A DNA stretch of 64,000 nt from Heptranchias perlo (Eukaryota), in assembly GCF_035084215.1 (NCBI RefSeq), contig NC_090328.1, positions 45,198,001 to 45,262,000 of the forward strand, in the 5' to 3' direction. Shown here piece by piece: positions 62,085 to 64,000 of the stretch. Numbering within the stretch: the first letter of the stretch is position 1; every line of letters starts with the position of its first letter. Made by a program: the position numbers and the translations under genes. Below the pieces are notes generated by a model. The model did no database searches and was not told the origin of the DNA. It saw nothing but the letters and a program-made list of their open reading frames with translations.

Positions 62085-63060
62085 ATCAAATGTCGTCCCC
62101 ATATTCAAGAAGGGTGACCAGTCCATACCTGACAACCACAGTGCCATTAATCAACCTTCAGTTTTCTGATTATTGAGGAATGAATAATCAGGAATAGCGT
62201 ATGTGTATGAAAATAACCAAATAAATGATGGACAGCATTGCTTCAGAACAGATGGATCTCCCTGTACCTAAACTTTTGAGGAGGTGACATCCCAAGTTGA
62301 TGGGGAAAGCCATGTGACTTTTTCTAAATTACCTCACGAGAAGCTACTTTATAAATTATGTCCAGGGTTCCTGTTCCTTATATGGATAAATGAGCTGGCT
62401 TTGCAGGCCCTGTTTAAGGATAAATCTACAGCTAGTAAACTAGATGACATGGAGAAAGAAGGCAAGATTTTGGGGGGAAAAAAAAGGTTCAACCAAATTT
62501 GCCACTAGTCTGGCCAATGGCAAATTAAGTTTAATATGGATATAAATGCAAGATACTGCATATCGAAGGTAAGAATAGGAGACACATGTATTCCATTATT
62601 GGATTGAACTTGTGTGGGCAGGTTGATTCATTGCTTGCTGTGACCAAACGGTGCAAGCTGACATCCTTTGGAAGTTGAGATGAAGTTGTACAATGCCCTG
62701 ATCAGGCTGCATCTGACTTGACTTATTGGGTACATTTCTTGTCGTCAGCACATTTGGAGGCTGTCCAGACCATAGAGGTAGTACAGTGAGGAACAACAAG
62801 GCTAATCCCCAAGGTTTGAGGGATGAGCTATGAGAAATGATTTGAGAAGCTGGAGCTCTTCAATCTTGTAAAGAGACACTTGAGATGGAGCCTTTTGGAA
62901 ATGTATAAAATACATAAACGGGATAGAGAAATTAACCCTAGAATATGCCAGACAGCAAGACAAAAGGGCACAGATTCAATGTTGTGAAGGCCAAGTTTAG
63001 GATTAGGACAGGCACCCGGAAGTGTTTTGAATGGGCCTCATTTAAGAAATATAAGAAATT
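62085..63060 (+). mobile_element. old, highly degenerate CR1 remnant
   Basis: Traces of PIFKKG, FSKLPHEKLLYKL, QWQIKFN and SYE..LEKL.LF. Confidence 0.6.
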
Positions 63061-64000
63061 AGATTACTAACTGGTAAACAACCTTAGAACACATTTCTGA
63101 AAGCTTGATTTAAATCTAGCAGGGACTAAGCTACTTTTTTAGAAATTGGGATGCTATATGTAGTTTTTGCTATAATCGTTAATAACACCTGATAATGCTC
63201 TCTTCATTGCTGACCACTCAATTCTCCAATACATAGGCATTGAATCAGGACAAGTTACTTCTCATGAATGCAAAGGTGCAGGTATATTGTGTGTACAAAA
63301 CAAATGATTAGATGTTTATGGAATCAAATAGTCTTTACACTTGCATATGCCCTTGTCACCGATAGACATATTGGCCCAAACATGACTTTGTATTACAGCA
63401 ATGATAGCACACGACATTGTTCTGCTTTAACGTTCATGTGACAGATGTGGCACATTCCACAGAGGAATAAAGGCAGCTTGCAACTTTATTGAATTAGGAA
63501 ATAAAATGATATAGCTATCTTGGGCTGTATGAAGGGTGTAATAGCATTGGGTTTCAGATGCCTAAACTTTGTTTTGTTCTTAGACGTCTCTTGAGCTGTT
63601 CTGAACTCTAATATGTTCCAACTTTATAGCTCACACTGTCATCTCTGCCCATTCTGTGATTTGCAGGCCAATCATACTATATGTTTTGCATCACTGCAAA
63701 GCAGTTTTGGCTTTGCAGCCACACAAGCCATGCAGTATAACTGAAGCCAAACTGGTGTCTGTGGGTTTGTTTGACAGCTTGGGGACCACCAGATGAAGGA
63801 AGTCTTGCTTTACTTTAGGCCTGCTAACAATTGCAATGTAGCTGCGGTGTGAAGTGAATTTTTTAATTTGTAAGTTTAAAAAGTTCCCATGCAATCTCAT
63901 GGGACTGTTAGCAAATAGCTGACAGGATTGTCACTACTTCGCTTAAATTAAAAATTTAGTTGAAATTTTGATACCTGTTTGGTGTTCATGCTTTTAAGTA

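Overview
This is eukaryotic vertebrate DNA, not prokaryotic. The repeat content (CR1/HER1-type LINEs, L2 LINEs, Deu-domain SINEs) points to a cartilaginous fish (shark or ray). The window holds a CpG-rich, probably bidirectional promoter (~1.3-2.1 kb) and the 5' part of SLF1 (ANKRD32/BRCTx) on the + strand. I reconstructed 14 coding exons (10107-50941), all GT-AG and phase-consistent, giving 2068 nt or about 689 aa: tandem BRCT domains, a linker and the central region ending at ...KINLKG. The ankyrin-repeat exons were not found and probably lie beyond the window. Nearly all long ORFs in the supplied track are retrotransposon remnants. Introns contain nested CR1, L2, Zenon-like CR1, DeuSINE, MITE and probable solo-LTR insertions. 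The most interesting object is a 3.2-kb single-ORF (endonuclease plus RT) Zenon-like LINE at 5530-8758 (-). It starts with a tRNA-derived A/B-box head, and by manual scan its sense strand has no TTTT run in any of three young copies. This suggests a protein-coding retrotransposon adapted to RNA polymerase III transcription. All comparisons with human SLF1 and repeat families are from recall, not database searches; repeat boundaries are approximate unless a TSD or TIR is cited.
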